Part shown: positions 1 to 12,482 of the stretch, piece by piece
Layout of the letters: each line of letters opens with the position of its first letter
Position numbering within the stretch: position 1 is the first letter of the stretch
From: Lama glama
Lineage: Eukaryota
Length of the DNA stretch: 64,000 nt
NCBI GenBank assembly: GCA_028534125.1
Contig: CM052818.1
Coordinates: forward strand, 31,994,001-32,058,000
Direction: 5' to 3'
The notes under the pieces: model-generated
Databases searched by the model: none
The model's input: only the letters and a program-made list of their open reading frames with translations
Told to the model about the DNA's origin: nothing
Program-made: the position numbers and the translations under genes

Positions 1-899
1 CTGGGAAAGTATACTGAGTACACGTCCTAACAAGAACATGAGTAGGTTTGTTTCTCAAAAAGCCACCAGATTTTCCTGTAGTTGCTCAATTACCATTTAT
101 TAGGTCCAGTTTACTTTGGAATCTGAAGGCTGGCTCAGATGCTGGATGTGAAGATTAGGCTCTTTAGAACTCTGGCTCCCTTTGCTAAATCTGTCCATTG
201 TCCCCTCTGCTGCTTTCACAGAGAGGATGTGCTGGTTGCTGGCAGAACCACAGACATTGCCACAACTGTCATCAGATCTCTAAACCATGAAAATTCCCTG
301 GTAGCCCCTTGAGATACTCCAGCCTATAATCCACCTTAATTTGAAAGTCCTAGGATTCTCCCCAGAACACTTGCTTAAACAAGAAATAGTAAAGTGCTCC
401 AGGTACCAGCTGACAGCCGGATGGTAACAAGTCATTTTTCTCTCCTTGTAGCTACCTAATGAGTAATCGTCAGAACTTCCCCCAGACTGGGGCTCAAAAA
501 CGAGCAGTGCTCCTTGGAGTTATGTCCTTTCATCTTTCCTGCTTGACATCCCTGTTGATAGGACATGAGATGCCGGGCCAGATGGCGCTAGGCACATTAT
601 ACAGATGAGTGGCAGGAGTCCAGGTGTGCCAAGCAGGGGGAGGAGGCAGGGAAGAAACTGGATATTTCATCACTGGCATGTACTAGAAAGAACAGTTCCA
701 GCTGGGGCCTGTCTCTTCTTGAGAGCCTAGGTGATTGATGTTCTAAACAGATTCTGAAATGCCTGTTTCACTAAGGGTTCAGGAAAAATGAATACATGCA
801 TCCTAATAACTTCATCTTCCATTATGAAGAGAGGAAGTATAGTTTGTGGTGGAAAGAGTGCTGTGCTAGGAGCCAGAGGCCCTGGGTTCTACTCCCTCA

Positions 900-1004
900 T
901 AGGGTGACCATTGTGCTGGTTTGCCTGGGATTGACGGAATGCCCAGGACACAGGTTGCCTCATTTTAAAATTGCCACAGTCCTGAGAAACTGATATGGTT
1001 GGTC
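900..1004. mobile_element. MER94-like hAT (Blackjack) non-autonomous DNA transposon inserted in a MIR
   Basis: tagggtgacca...ggtttgcctgggattg...cccaggaca...acagtcctgagaaactg...ggttggtc resembles the MER94 TIR/core; a MIR-like head precedes it (~835-899). Confidence 0.7.
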
Positions 1005-1139
1005 TGTTAGGCTACTATGTGGCCATGGTCATGCCATTGATCCTGCTGACCCCCTGTCCCCTGACATCTATCCCTGCTATGCCTTTTAAAATTTGAAGTA
1101 AGAATCACCACGGTATTGGAAGGCAGAGCAAGTTAAAAG

Positions 1140-1405
1140 TTGGGTGACCTTGATCAGGTTACTTAATCTCTTTAAGCTAAGTCTTATTTCCTTGTCTCTA
1201 CAATGAGGGTAATACTAGTGAATATCTAATCAGATTACTGTGAAAATCAAATGAAAAGTGAAAATTATATGTAAATTCCTGATCATTACTACCCCAGAGA
1301 GAGTAATGAGGATATCATTACCCTCATACAGTTGAAGAAATAGAGGTTTTTCAAAGGTATACAACTTGCCCAGTGTCACATAGTAGGCCATATTAAATGT
1401 TGACT
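1140..1405 (+). mobile_element. MIR SINE carrying an internal insertion (see findings)
   Basis: gggtgaccttgatcaggttacttaatctct...aatgagggtaata...atgtaaa...cacatagtagg...taaatgtt. Confidence 0.75.
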
Positions 1406-1767
1406 GTGGTTCTCATTATTAATGCATGTAGACCACTGTCAAAAGTAGACTATACCAATGTCATTATTACTGGACGAGCCCTTGAATTTAGGGATGTCAC
1501 TTCTGCCCTCTGGGTTGGATTGCCCTTGTCCAGGAGCCAGGAGTCTCAGAAGGCCAGGGTGTACAGTGGCTTCTAGAAGAGCCTTCTGGAAGCTGAGCTG
1601 TGGGCTGGTTAGGAACCACACTCAGAAGCTGGCAGTAAATATCTCTTCCTCTTCGCCTGGACATGTGTTCCAGTCTGTCAAGGACAGGTGGATGCTTCTT
1701 ATTCACAAGTATATGCTGCAGGTGAAGTATATAAAGAAATTTGTATATAAAGGATTATATTTAATAA

Positions 1768-2200
1768 TAATTTATTAAGCTCCAGCTCTGCTTCAAGCCT
1801 GATACTAGTTGCTCTGCATACAAAGATGAGGAGGACTCAATTCTTATCCTTGAAGGGTCACAGGCCTGTTTTGGAGATGGTTCCACGTAGCTTTTGACAT
1901 TTGTTTAGGTGCCATAGTGGAAGTGTGTGTGCAGTGCTGGGGAGCCCAAGGAAAGCACTGACTTCCTAGGATATGTCTTGAAGAATGAGTAGGGGATGGT
2001 GAGGAAGAGAAGAAAGCTTCAGAGAGTGGAGAGACAATTCTCAAATATGTGAAGAACAGCTTGTATGGAGTATACGGAGTGATTCTTGGTGGCTGGGGAA
2101 GAAAATAGATCCTACACTGTGTTAAGTTTGAATGCCCGGCTTGCAGGTCTGAGAGATCCAGAGCAACCTAAAGGACACTGAACACCCTGTGAAGGAGTTT
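1768..2200 (-). mobile_element. L2 LINE 3' fragment (degenerate)
   Basis: atttattaagctccagctctg...catacaaagatg followed by a purine-rich L2 body. Confidence 0.5.
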
Positions 2201-2289
2201 GGCTTTGTTGGTTATCCAACCTATGTGCTCAAGGAAGACAGAGAAGGTCAGATTTCCAAATATGAGCTTGCTTTGTCTACACAGATTTA

Positions 2290-2435
2290 TCTTCAGTGCT
2301 GTTCCCCACAGCATTGTTTATACTAGCCAACATTAAAGTTGTGGATTCTGTTGAGTAAATTTTGCATTCATACAATAGGATATCATACAACTATTTAAAA
2401 TTGTATTAGTGATGTATATTCATTGGCATGAAAAA
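2290..2435 (+). mobile_element. Old L1M 3' fragment
   Basis: cagcattgtttatactagcc...tacaataggatatcatacaactatttaaaa. Confidence 0.5.
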
Positions 2436-3269
2436 GTCAAGGGTTGACCCCGTTTAGGGAATCCATTGAGAATATTGGATTAGGGTTAAGGGAAAGTTGC
2501 ATTGTATTTATGGCTGAACACAAAGAGGGCACAGGGTGTCTCTGATCTCTGTCCTCTCACCTGTCCTTTGGAGACTGTGATCTCCTTCTCCCAAGGTGAC
2601 TGTGAGGACAAACTAAATGAGTTGTTACTGGAGCAAGTTCTACGAATTCTTGAAAGTGAGCAATGGACCCCTGAAGAAAGCCATTTCTTTCCCTCCCCTT
2701 TCTTTCTTCCTCTCCCATTTATAGCTTCCCCAACCCTTCCTTCTGCCCAGCAAATTGACTCTGGCCTTATTATCTGGAAATAGGAGCCAAGACTCCCTTT
2801 TGGTGTCCTGCTATTAGGGGACATGGGTTAAGATTTCAGGGATCTCAGAGGACTGAGACAAATCATAAATAAATATGGATTGCAGCCCTCAAAATGACAC
2901 AAAAGGGACAACAAGACAGTTCTCTCCACCTTTCTGCTATAGCCTGTGACCTGTCAGGCAGGCCAACTGGTCTCCTGCAGCAGAGGTGCCATGAGCTCCT
3001 CCACAGGCAGCTGGGTCTCCAGCATCTGATAAACGTGGGAGCTGAGCTTGGTTTGATGGGGAAACACTTAATTTCCTGGTTTATGAAGCACTCATTTTTA
3101 TTAGCTATCCTATTTCATTAGGCCTCATTCATGGCCTAGGAAAATCCCTATCCTTGGGGCTCTCAACGTTGAGATCTCCATCAAAGCAGAGAGGTGCTCA
3201 GGGCGGTCTCATCTCTGGGGGAAAGCTGACTCTCAAAGTGACTGAAAAGAGATAATGGCATTTATAATC

Positions 3270-3505
3270 ATTGTAATAACACTAGTTTGGTGTCTATCAT
3301 GGGCCTGATGCTAGACTGGTAACTTACATGTCATCTAATCTTCAGAGCACCCCGATGTGGTGGATATCATTACCCTCATTATACAGTTGAAGAAATCGAG
3401 GTTTTTGCAAAGGTACACAACTTGCCCAATGTCACACAGACAGAAGGTGGTGGTACATGACCTCTACGCAGGTCACCTGACTCCAGAAGCCATTGTTGAG
3501 GCACT
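3270..3505 (-). mobile_element. MIR SINE
   Basis: atcattaccctcattatacagttgaagaaatcgagg...aacttgcccaatgtcacacag...tgactccaga. Confidence 0.75.
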
Positions 3506-5777
3506 GCTGTAGATACCTGCACCTAGGAAGGGCCTTAGAGCTCTCCTCATCCCCAGCTTCCTTGTGGGGCTGGGTGTCTTCAGCTAGTTTCTTAAGCCTC
3601 CCTGTATTCCCATTTCCTCTTCTGCTTCACAGTTTAGAGGCACAGTGGGTATGTCTCCAAGAGCTGCTGTATTTTAAATGCTGACATCATCACAGTCATA
3701 ACTGAGTTCTAACCAGTCTCTTACTTTCTCTCTCCTGCAGTAGGGATTTGGCACCACGCTTTTCTCTTGTCAGGTGGATTAAAGGTTACAAGTTGCTCCA
3801 CAATATATACTCATGGGGCGACTGCAAAAAGCAACCCTCTGCTCAGCTATTAAAATAACCTTCCCTTTGTAATGGATTAGTTATTTCACCAGTGAGGCCC
3901 ATTTGAAGGGAGATCATGAGATAATAGACTGTCAAGCAGTTGAGCAATGTTAAGGTCAATTGTACTGGAGGTCAATTCATTTAAACAATGGACTTGCTTC
4001 TGTCAGGCCTCATAATGTTGATAATAATAACTTTGGTTTAATGGAAGTGTTCAATGATGTTAGAGAAGAATGAACTATTAGATGTTCAGATTAAGTATTG
4101 TCTAAACTCAGAAGGTTTTTGGAGCTGGTTTGGTCATAGCAAATGCAAAATCCTCACCTAGGGGAAACTGACTTTAAAGAACAGCTGGATTTAATGTCAA
4201 AGGCAAATGATTTTCTTTCCCCCCTTTACCAATTGACTTGAATTTACACTGTGCAGACTGTGATTATTCCCTGACTCTATATTTATAGCTTCTCATTTGC
4301 ATTTTCCAGAATAATTAAGAATTTAACCTAGAATGGGCCATTTTTGAGTGGAGGTGAATGCTTTCTGATTTTTAAATGAACCTTCTAAATTAGACACTAA
4401 ATATGCATTGTATTCTCCTTGTCTCCTGTTTAAAGTCCTTCTAAACTTCTGGACTCATTATGGGAACCAAAAGGGAGAGATGGAGAGATTGCTTACTCCA
4501 TCCAGAAGTTTGTCTTCGTCTAGGGGGATGACTCTTGTCCACAGAGGGCAAGCTGTTTCACAAATATGCCCCTCTACCTGAGCTCAGGTGGAACCAGAGG
4601 ATAAGCCCAGTGGTCTCTTTAAAGAGGACACCAAGGGACTCCTCAGTGAGTCCCCAGCAGACAGCAGAAGGGGAAGGCAACTCCATAGTTTTTGCTTAAA
4701 TTTCACTGGAAATCATTTCTATACCATTTCTGCTTTGGATGCTAGCTCTGGCTCTTGCTTGTGCCTCTAAAGGATTTACTTCTCCAGGAAGAGTGTAACT
4801 CTGTACTCTCCCGAGTAAGGCTGCCCTCCAGGTTCAGCTGAGAAGGGGAGAGCTGATCCTCAGAAGTGCCTGCTTTCCCAGTGGAGAGTCCTCATCCTTA
4901 TTGTTGCCCTCATTTGGCGCAGGAGGGCTGAGGCTCCAGGGGTTTCCAAACCCCATCACAGAGGGCTGGAAAACCTAGGTACTCCACTCGCAACTGTCTG
5001 CCTTAGACAGCTGGTTACTCTCCCTTTCTGCTGTGTTACCTCCCACATTTATAAATTGGGCCTATTATCTTGGTTCTTCGGCACCAAAGCCCTGTGTCTG
5101 CTCCCTAAGTTCATTCTCTGTTAGTGGGTAAGGGCCATTCAGGCTCAGTCACCCTGCACCTGCTAGATTCCACAATGTAACAGTAGTTCCTGAGAGAGGG
5201 GATGTAGTCCCTCTGGGAGTGTGTGTCCTGTGTCCTTGGAAGGCATGATTAAAGCGGCAGAAATAATTCACCAGAGGTTTCTGGGAAACCTGCAGCCATA
5301 GGCAGTTGTTTCTTTCCTTAGAGCCGAAGGGAAGGTGGTACACCATGAGGCTCTGGAGGGCTGTAGGCATGAAAACAGCCAGAGGCTTCTTCAGAGTTCC
5401 AGGATGGATACAAGGGTGTGTTGAGGCTTGTTGAAGACAGCTCACCTGATTTTACTGTAGGTTAATGAGTTGTCTGCAAAGTTCTGTGCATTCCAGGGTC
5501 CCAACACTCCTTCCACTCTAAACAAAAATGAGCAGGAATCCCAACATTTGTATCTACAGTGCCTGCTGCAGGCGAGACAAATGCCAGTCAAACAGGGCAA
5601 CCCATGAATCCATATACTCACCTGGACCAGATTATAGGCCAGACTAGTTAACAAAGAGCACAGGGTAGGGCTTTATGGAATCTAATGGGTCCATGTTGCT
5701 TTTGAAGTCCAGCACTTGGGGCATTCCCAGAAAGGGTGGGCCTCGGTGAAGTTCTGCACTGGGGGAGCTTGTCCAAG

Positions 5778-6015
5778 AATAATAATACTACTTGTTGACA
5801 TTTAGCAAGCCCTTACTATGTGCCAGATGTGGCAGTCAAGAGTATAACATGCATTTTCTTACTTCATCTTTACCCAATAACGATGCAAGCACTATTATTA
5901 TCCCCCATATTCAAATGAAGAAACTGAGGCTTTGAGGGGAAAATAGCTAGCCTGAGGTCATCCAGATGATAAGTATTGGAACCAAGAGTCTCACCCAGGT
6001 TAGTCATGTGAAGTC
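5778..6015 (-). mobile_element. MIR SINE
   Basis: ccttactatgtgccag...tattattatcccccatattcaaatgaagaaactgaggc. Confidence 0.85.
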
Positions 6016-8325
6016 CAGAGACAGGCTGAACATATGGAAAAGTATGTGTGTGAATGGGCGGAGGAAAGGGGCAGGTGGCGAAAGGGGAGGAGATTTTGCC
6101 TACTTCAAACATTTGTCTTGAATTGTGCTGACATTCTTGTGACTATGGAAAAAAACGTATATGTGTATATGGAAATTCACAAAATGGACTGTATTTATCA
6201 TCACTTTCTTCCGCATGGTTTGGGCTGTCAGACAAGATTCTCAGTATAAATTGTGATCAACCATTGCTGAATGGACCTCTGTTTATCTGAAGGGCCTATA
6301 TAAAATTCTCAGCCAGAGTAAAGCAGTTATCAAAGCTAGTTCTTTAATATCAATGAGCCAAAAAAAAAATATTCATGCAACATCAATGAATAGACCTGTC
6401 CTGAAGATCTGGTAAGTAACTCGCCTTTAGAATTCAATCTTCCCACTTTCTAGCTGGACAGAATGAGGCCAAGCATCTTGCCTGGTCTGAAAGCAGGAGT
6501 AGAATTGTGGCTGAGTAAAATACTTCTAGCTTAGTTACACTTCATGTGGCTTTATCTCCATGAGAGTAATAGGCAGGGGTTTTAAAAAAAAATCCTATAA
6601 TACTTCCTTTGTTTTGGTTGCAAACATGCTGTTGATAACAGCTGTTACCAGTGTACAGTGTGTTTGTTGTTGAGTAATTATGTTTTGCTTTCATATTGGC
6701 AAAGCTATTATTTGCACTCTTAGGAGCAGTGGACATCTTGTGCTTACAAATGAATTAATGTGACAATTAATTTTGACTTTGGAAGCAGTGATTTATTAAT
6801 AGTTTCATCTGCAGTATTGTTAAATAAATACTCAGATCTGTTCAACATGGTACCTATCATTAATGGGTTCCTCCAGGTACAGATTCCTCAGGGTCATGTA
6901 ATACAAAGGACCAGATTATAGAAAAGAGATAGAAATTAGGGACATCTTTTTTATGATTTTTCAATGCTGTCCAAAAGCCATAGAGTATTACTGATTTCAA
7001 ATGGTCAGATTGGTCATAGCCAAACATTTGAAACTCTCCAGAGAAGATGTCAAGGCAAAGACTTCCCTAGAAGTCTTAATCATGTGCTTGCACACGCACA
7101 TGGAAACACGCATGTGTTTCCATAGATCTTTTATTTCTCTAGAACATCTTAAGTAAGTACCTGGTGGAGGGCTCAGTCAGTGGTATTGCTTGGCTGTTTA
7201 TTATTACTTACCATTTCTTGTGTACCAGGTACCATATAGTCAGCTAAATCACCCTCTAAATTGGATAAATGGAAAGGCAGACAGAAAACCTAAGTTAGGT
7301 GAAGGATGATGAGTATTTTCAAGGAACTAGAAGGTACAGTAATGAAGAAAAAAGGTCTTGTGTGAAGATCCTACAAACTTGCATTTAAATTGGTTAACTT
7401 CAGAAAAGAGATGAGGCTAGCAAGCAGTGAGGAGTTAGCTTAGACACGCAGAAGAAAGGGGATGGTACATGAAAGACTTCCACTTGGCAAATAATCTAGT
7501 GCCTTCATTATGTGCAAAGTGAAATGTGGATTGCAAAAAAAAAGAGAGATACATGGCTTTTTTAATCCTTGGAGAAGTCAATTGGAAGACAGTGTACACC
7601 AAACATATAAAGAAGCAGTGGTTTCCACATACATGAAGGGACCTCATAGGACATAGTGAGAACAAAAGGAAAACAAAACTTTGCCTTTGAGACTCTTCCA
7701 GGCAAGTCTGAAATGTCCAGATAATGGGAAACTTGATGATCTAATGGAGGAGGAAATGTATTTTGTCTGAAGCCTTTTTTATTAGGAGGAGAAGAAAGAA
7801 AGAAGCAATAGAGAGGAGGAGGGGGGGTCACCCATGGGGATGAGTGATGAATGAAGCAGGAACAGAGCCTAGAGAGAGAAGAAGAAGCCAAGGAGAGTGC
7901 CAGGTCCTATGTGCACACACACAGAAAGACGGGGAGCAGAAAGGAGCCCAAGGAGACTTCATTCACAGGATGCAGATCCTACTCATCTCTGATGCATCCA
8001 TGGGCATGGAAGCCGTGGGGTCAAATCACGGTCCCAGACACAAGTAGGACAATTCTGATCCTCAGAAAAGGCTTGTCTAGGGCCTCGTTAATCAGAAACC
8101 ATGGTTGCACCATAATGCTAAAGTGAGCACCAACTCTGAGGCCAGCAGACAGCCATTCCTGTAGCCAGTGTTGAACCAAAACTCAGCCAACCCCTCCATG
8201 CTCCCCAAATAAGAGTACTATGTATAAGGTGTGAACATTGTCTCTTAGGACTGTGTGGGAATTTTCTCAGGTGCAAAGAACTGAGAGTAAGATCATGTCT
8301 GTCCAGGACTCAGAACCTTCTAGAT

Positions 8326-8528
8326 CAAGGATCAGAAACCGCAGTTGCAATGCCCTGTGAGCTAAGAATGATTTTTACATTTCAAAGCATTGTTAGAACA
8401 AACAACAGCAACCAAAAAGAAAAAAAAGAAAGGCAAGTTAAAAATGTGCAACAGAGGCTGTTATGTAACTTTCAAAGCCCAAAATATTTACTATCTGATT
8501 CTTTATAGAAAAAGTTTTCTGACCTCTG
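8326..8528 (+). mobile_element. MER58-family hAT-Charlie DNA transposon
   Basis: gagctaagaatgatttttacattt...aaagcccaaaatatttactatctg...agaaaagttttctgacctctg, flanked by an 8-bp NTCTAGAN-type TSD (ttctagat / ctctagag). Confidence 0.85.
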
Positions 8529-11500
8529 CTCTAGAGGATTCCAGCACATTTAGGAAAAATCCAGATAGTGTTGACAGATCTGACCAAAAAAAAAAAAAAA
8601 AAAACAAGGAAACTAACAACCCCCCCCCCAAAACCAAAATGAAGTCCACTGTTTTTTTTGTTCCTGTTTTTGTTTTCCTTTTTAGTTTCAATGCCTACAT
8701 CTGTATAATGGGGGGAAAAATCTTCCTTGCCTTCCTTACAAAGATGCTACAAAGTAACAAGATGTAAAATGCTTTGAAAACATTTAAAGCATTTCAGCCA
8801 GATTCAGGTGGCTTATTATGTTTAGGTGTTAGTGCCAAAGTAAATGTTTTCTTTTCTTTTGGAACATTTAGCATCAAATTCATGGCCTGGAATTATCAAA
8901 AACTGATCAGAAAAGTTTCTCAGAGTCTTTCAAGGGCACCCCGTTACAGTGTAGTCTAGTTTAAACCTTGGGAAGTTGCAGGCTGAAATTGGAAATCGCC
9001 TTGGGTAATGGAGAGCCAAATTGGGCCTTAGAGCAGAGAGCAGGGTGACTTATTTTTTAATGTTTCCAACATGAAAGAACACAATTGATTTTTTTCCTCC
9101 TTAATCCTTCCAACTCCCTAGCTTTTATTGTTTCTAAAATAAGATAAACCAAGCAGGTGTTATTTCAGCTCTGTAAACAATCTTTATTTTTCTGGCGGAT
9201 AGGAATAGAAATTGAGATGGAGACCAGGCTTGGAAGAGGGGGAAGCAAGGTAATCAAGGAAATCATTGATCTTGACTTAGTCGACTCCCACCACTTCTGC
9301 AAATGCTCACCGTGGGGCGCTCCCTGCGTAACACGCTCCAGTCTTTGTCGACACCTCATGAAAGTGCACAGCCTCCGGCAGCAAAATCTTCAAGTGCTCT
9401 GGCTCCTTGCTTGGATCAAATCACACTCATTATTTTTTCTAAGATTAGTGGCTGCTCTGAAAATGACTTCAGTTTCTCGATCCAGCAAGTAATAGTCAAA
9501 TGATTTTATTTTAATGCCTCAGTGCTGGGAACATTGGAAGGGTTTCCATTTTATTGCACATCCTGAAGCTCTCAGCCTATCCTCCTCCCTCAGTGTTTCT
9601 GCCAGGGGCTGAACCACATTAGTTTCAAAGGCCTTTTCTAAGTTGGTAGGGTCTCAGCAAGATATTGACAGAAAGAGAAATGAGACTGATGGGCCCAACA
9701 GAGGAGACAGAACCTTATCCAGGGCTTGGTATGAGCACGAAGGTTGGAACACATTTAGCCCCACTCCCGCTGGCGTCACCACCCCATGGCAGCTCGATGT
9801 GTGCAACACACAGGATATCTCCTTTGGTTTCACTTGAAGACCCTGGCAGACACTCAGCTAGCTGCTACTGAGGGTAGGCATCCTTCCAACCAAGCTCCAT
9901 CCTTCAAGCCTGTTCCAGCTCCATATCCCCTTGCTCAGTCTTCAGTATGTCTCTTGAATTCTTGGGGAGCAAGGTTGGCATAGCTGGCTGAAATAACAAG
10001 CCTGTTTTTCTTTCTTCTTGCCTTCCAGGGCTATTCTATGGTGTTGGTGCAGTTTTGTTTGTGTTTGAGAAAAGAGTTTGGTATCTGGAAGTAATTAGAT
10101 TTTCTTGAGAAACACAGTAACCTCGGTTAAGGAACTCTGTGCTCACATCTGTAATCTGTGATATGAATGATGATAAATAGAACCTCTAACTCTACATTGT
10201 TAGTGGACAAAGATTTGAACTATTTCTCCATTTTTGAAAATAAAATAAAAACAGCCCCTTCCTTAGGTGTAGAAATTTGTAGGGTACAAATGCTTTTATA
10301 AATTCCATTGTATGTAACCCTCAGCATGATCCCCACGATTGAAATTAAATACCATGGAGCTCAGTCAGGCTAAATGACTATTTGAGGGCACTCAGAGGAT
10401 CAGATGACAAGACTCTTAGAACCATTCTACCGAGTTGGTGTCGTATGTAGCAGGGGAAACAGCAAGGTATGGAGGACAGGGAAGGTCTTTGGTGACAGAC
10501 AGACTCACGTTAGACAGTGGTAGTTTTGTGTAATCACCTTAGCTTTTTGAGTCTCTGTTTCTTTGTCTATAAAATGGGGACAACGTCACCTACACCACAT
10601 AAGACTCAAAAATGTTGAAGTTACCATTATTGTTCTTTTAAGGTTATTATTAATAGTATTTCTAGGGTTTATATATTTTTTCATCATCAAAGATTGGGAC
10701 TTGTGGTCAAACAAGAAGTCAGAATATGTGAACAGGAAAGTTTCCAAAAAATTCAGAATATGAGAACACGATGAGCACTTTCTCTGACTCTGTCTCCCCT
10801 GGCTACCTGCCACCTCACTGAAGGCAGCTTATGCCTCTGAATTGTCCTTAAGGTTTGGCAGACTGGGGCTTCATACAGGTAGGGTTCTGACAGTTGGAAT
10901 CCTATGCTGCCTGGGAAACCAGTTGTCTGGTGTCATTCATTAACTCGGAGTGGCAGAAGGCAAGAGGAGCAGAAAATGCAGTCATTACCTAGGAACAGGA
11001 AAAGAAACTGAGATGCTCATACCCAGTAAGCATGCAATCTGATGCTTCCACCAGCGCCGAGACCACAGGGCAGGCCAGACCTAGTGAAACTACTTCTCTG
11101 GTCCCAGCCCCAAGTACACACATGCTGAACTAAGGCGCTGTTTGTCTGGGACAGCTGTTCTTGGGCTGCCACCTCCTCCCTGAAATACTTCTCAGGGCTG
11201 CTGCTGAGATGACATGAACCTGATTTCAAGGGTCTTGGATTGTTTTAGGGGAGGGACCACACCTCTGATTATCACAGGTAGAGTGTGTTCCTGTCCCATG
11301 AAACAAGAGGACTCATTTCTCCTCTCCCTGTCTTGTCAGAATCCGGGGAAGACCTCCATGAACTAAAAAGCATCACCCTAGTTTCCATATAGAAAAGCTG
11401 TTGGGCTAAACTGAAGCTACCCTTGTGTGGGCCAATAAATGATTGAAGCTCATTCTGTTGGAGGCAGTTATGACTCCTTTTTCTTTGGGGAACTGAGAGG

Positions 11501-11852
11501 AAGAATGGGATCCCACCACCCTATTTAGAAGCTTCCCTCCTGCTTAGCAAGGATTAGATCTTTCCTTGGGCTTGGCCCTGAGGACTTACTTCAGAAATAG
11601 AAGGTACAGCACCTTCTGGGACCTCTGACCCTAGCCGGCAAGAAGTCAGGCATGGTCCTTCATGGTACCCTGATGCTATTTATTTACTTCTAGTTGTCTA
11701 TTAAGAATTAAGGGTGCTTAGCACCTGATGATCTGCTTTAAAGGACACACCACCAGCCCCACACCACCAAGTCATGTCATAATTAGGGTGGGTAGGTGGA
11801 AGTGGGTTGAAAAGCTGCCCTGGTGATGTTAATAAGATTACCTTTTACTGGA

Positions 11853-12041
11853 CCCCTGGTTTTCAAACTGTGGTGGCCAAATCAGCAAGGTCAGCATCAC
11901 TTGGAAACTTGTTAGCAATGCAAATTCTCAGACCCCATACCAGATCTACTGAGTCATAAACTCTGGGGGTGGGCCCAGAAAGACATGCTTTAATAAGCCC
12001 TCCAGGTGATTTTGATACATCCTAAAGCTTGAGAGCTACTG
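11853..12041. mobile_element. MER5A hAT-Charlie
   Basis: ttttcaaactgtgg...cagcatcacttggaaacttgttagcaatgcaaattctcagacccc...aagccctccaggtgatt...gagagctactg. Confidence 0.88.
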
Positions 12042-12313
12042 CCCTAAGTGGTCAGGAGGAGTGGATGCAGGTGAATTGTTTCTGCTCTGTACAGGCCAGG
12101 AGACATGCCCTCCATAATTCTTCTGTGTTAGTGTCTGTTAAAGTACTGTCCACTGATTGCTTGCTATGCATCACTCAGGATTCCCAGGCCCCACGTGAGA
12201 TTTGCTGAATCAAAGTCTTTGCCGTTGGGGATCTAGGGATAGTGCTTGTTTAACATGCCCCCAAGAAGCTTCTTAAGCCTAATAAATTTTAGGAATTACC
12301 TTATTGAATAGAC

Positions 12314-12482
12314 CCTCAATACTCAAAATATATATAGTCTGTGGACCAGCAACATGGACATTACCTGGGAGCTTGTTAGCAATGCCGAATCTCAGGCCAG
12401 ACCAGACCTATAGGATCAGAACCTGAATTTCTAACACAATCCCTAGGTAATTCATACACATATTAACATTTGAGAAGCATTG
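12314..12482. mobile_element. MER5A/MER5A1 hAT-Charlie
   Basis: ggaccagcaac...ttacctgggagcttgttagcaatg...ctaggtaattcatacaca...tttgagaagcattg. Confidence 0.8.

Noticed and set aside
5446..5517. 72-nt minus-strand exon-like segment (tttgtttag|...CAG|gtgagc) encoding VEGVLGPWNAQNFADNSLTYSKI
   Set aside because: No recognisable protein and no supported partner exons; such pseudo-exons are expected by chance.
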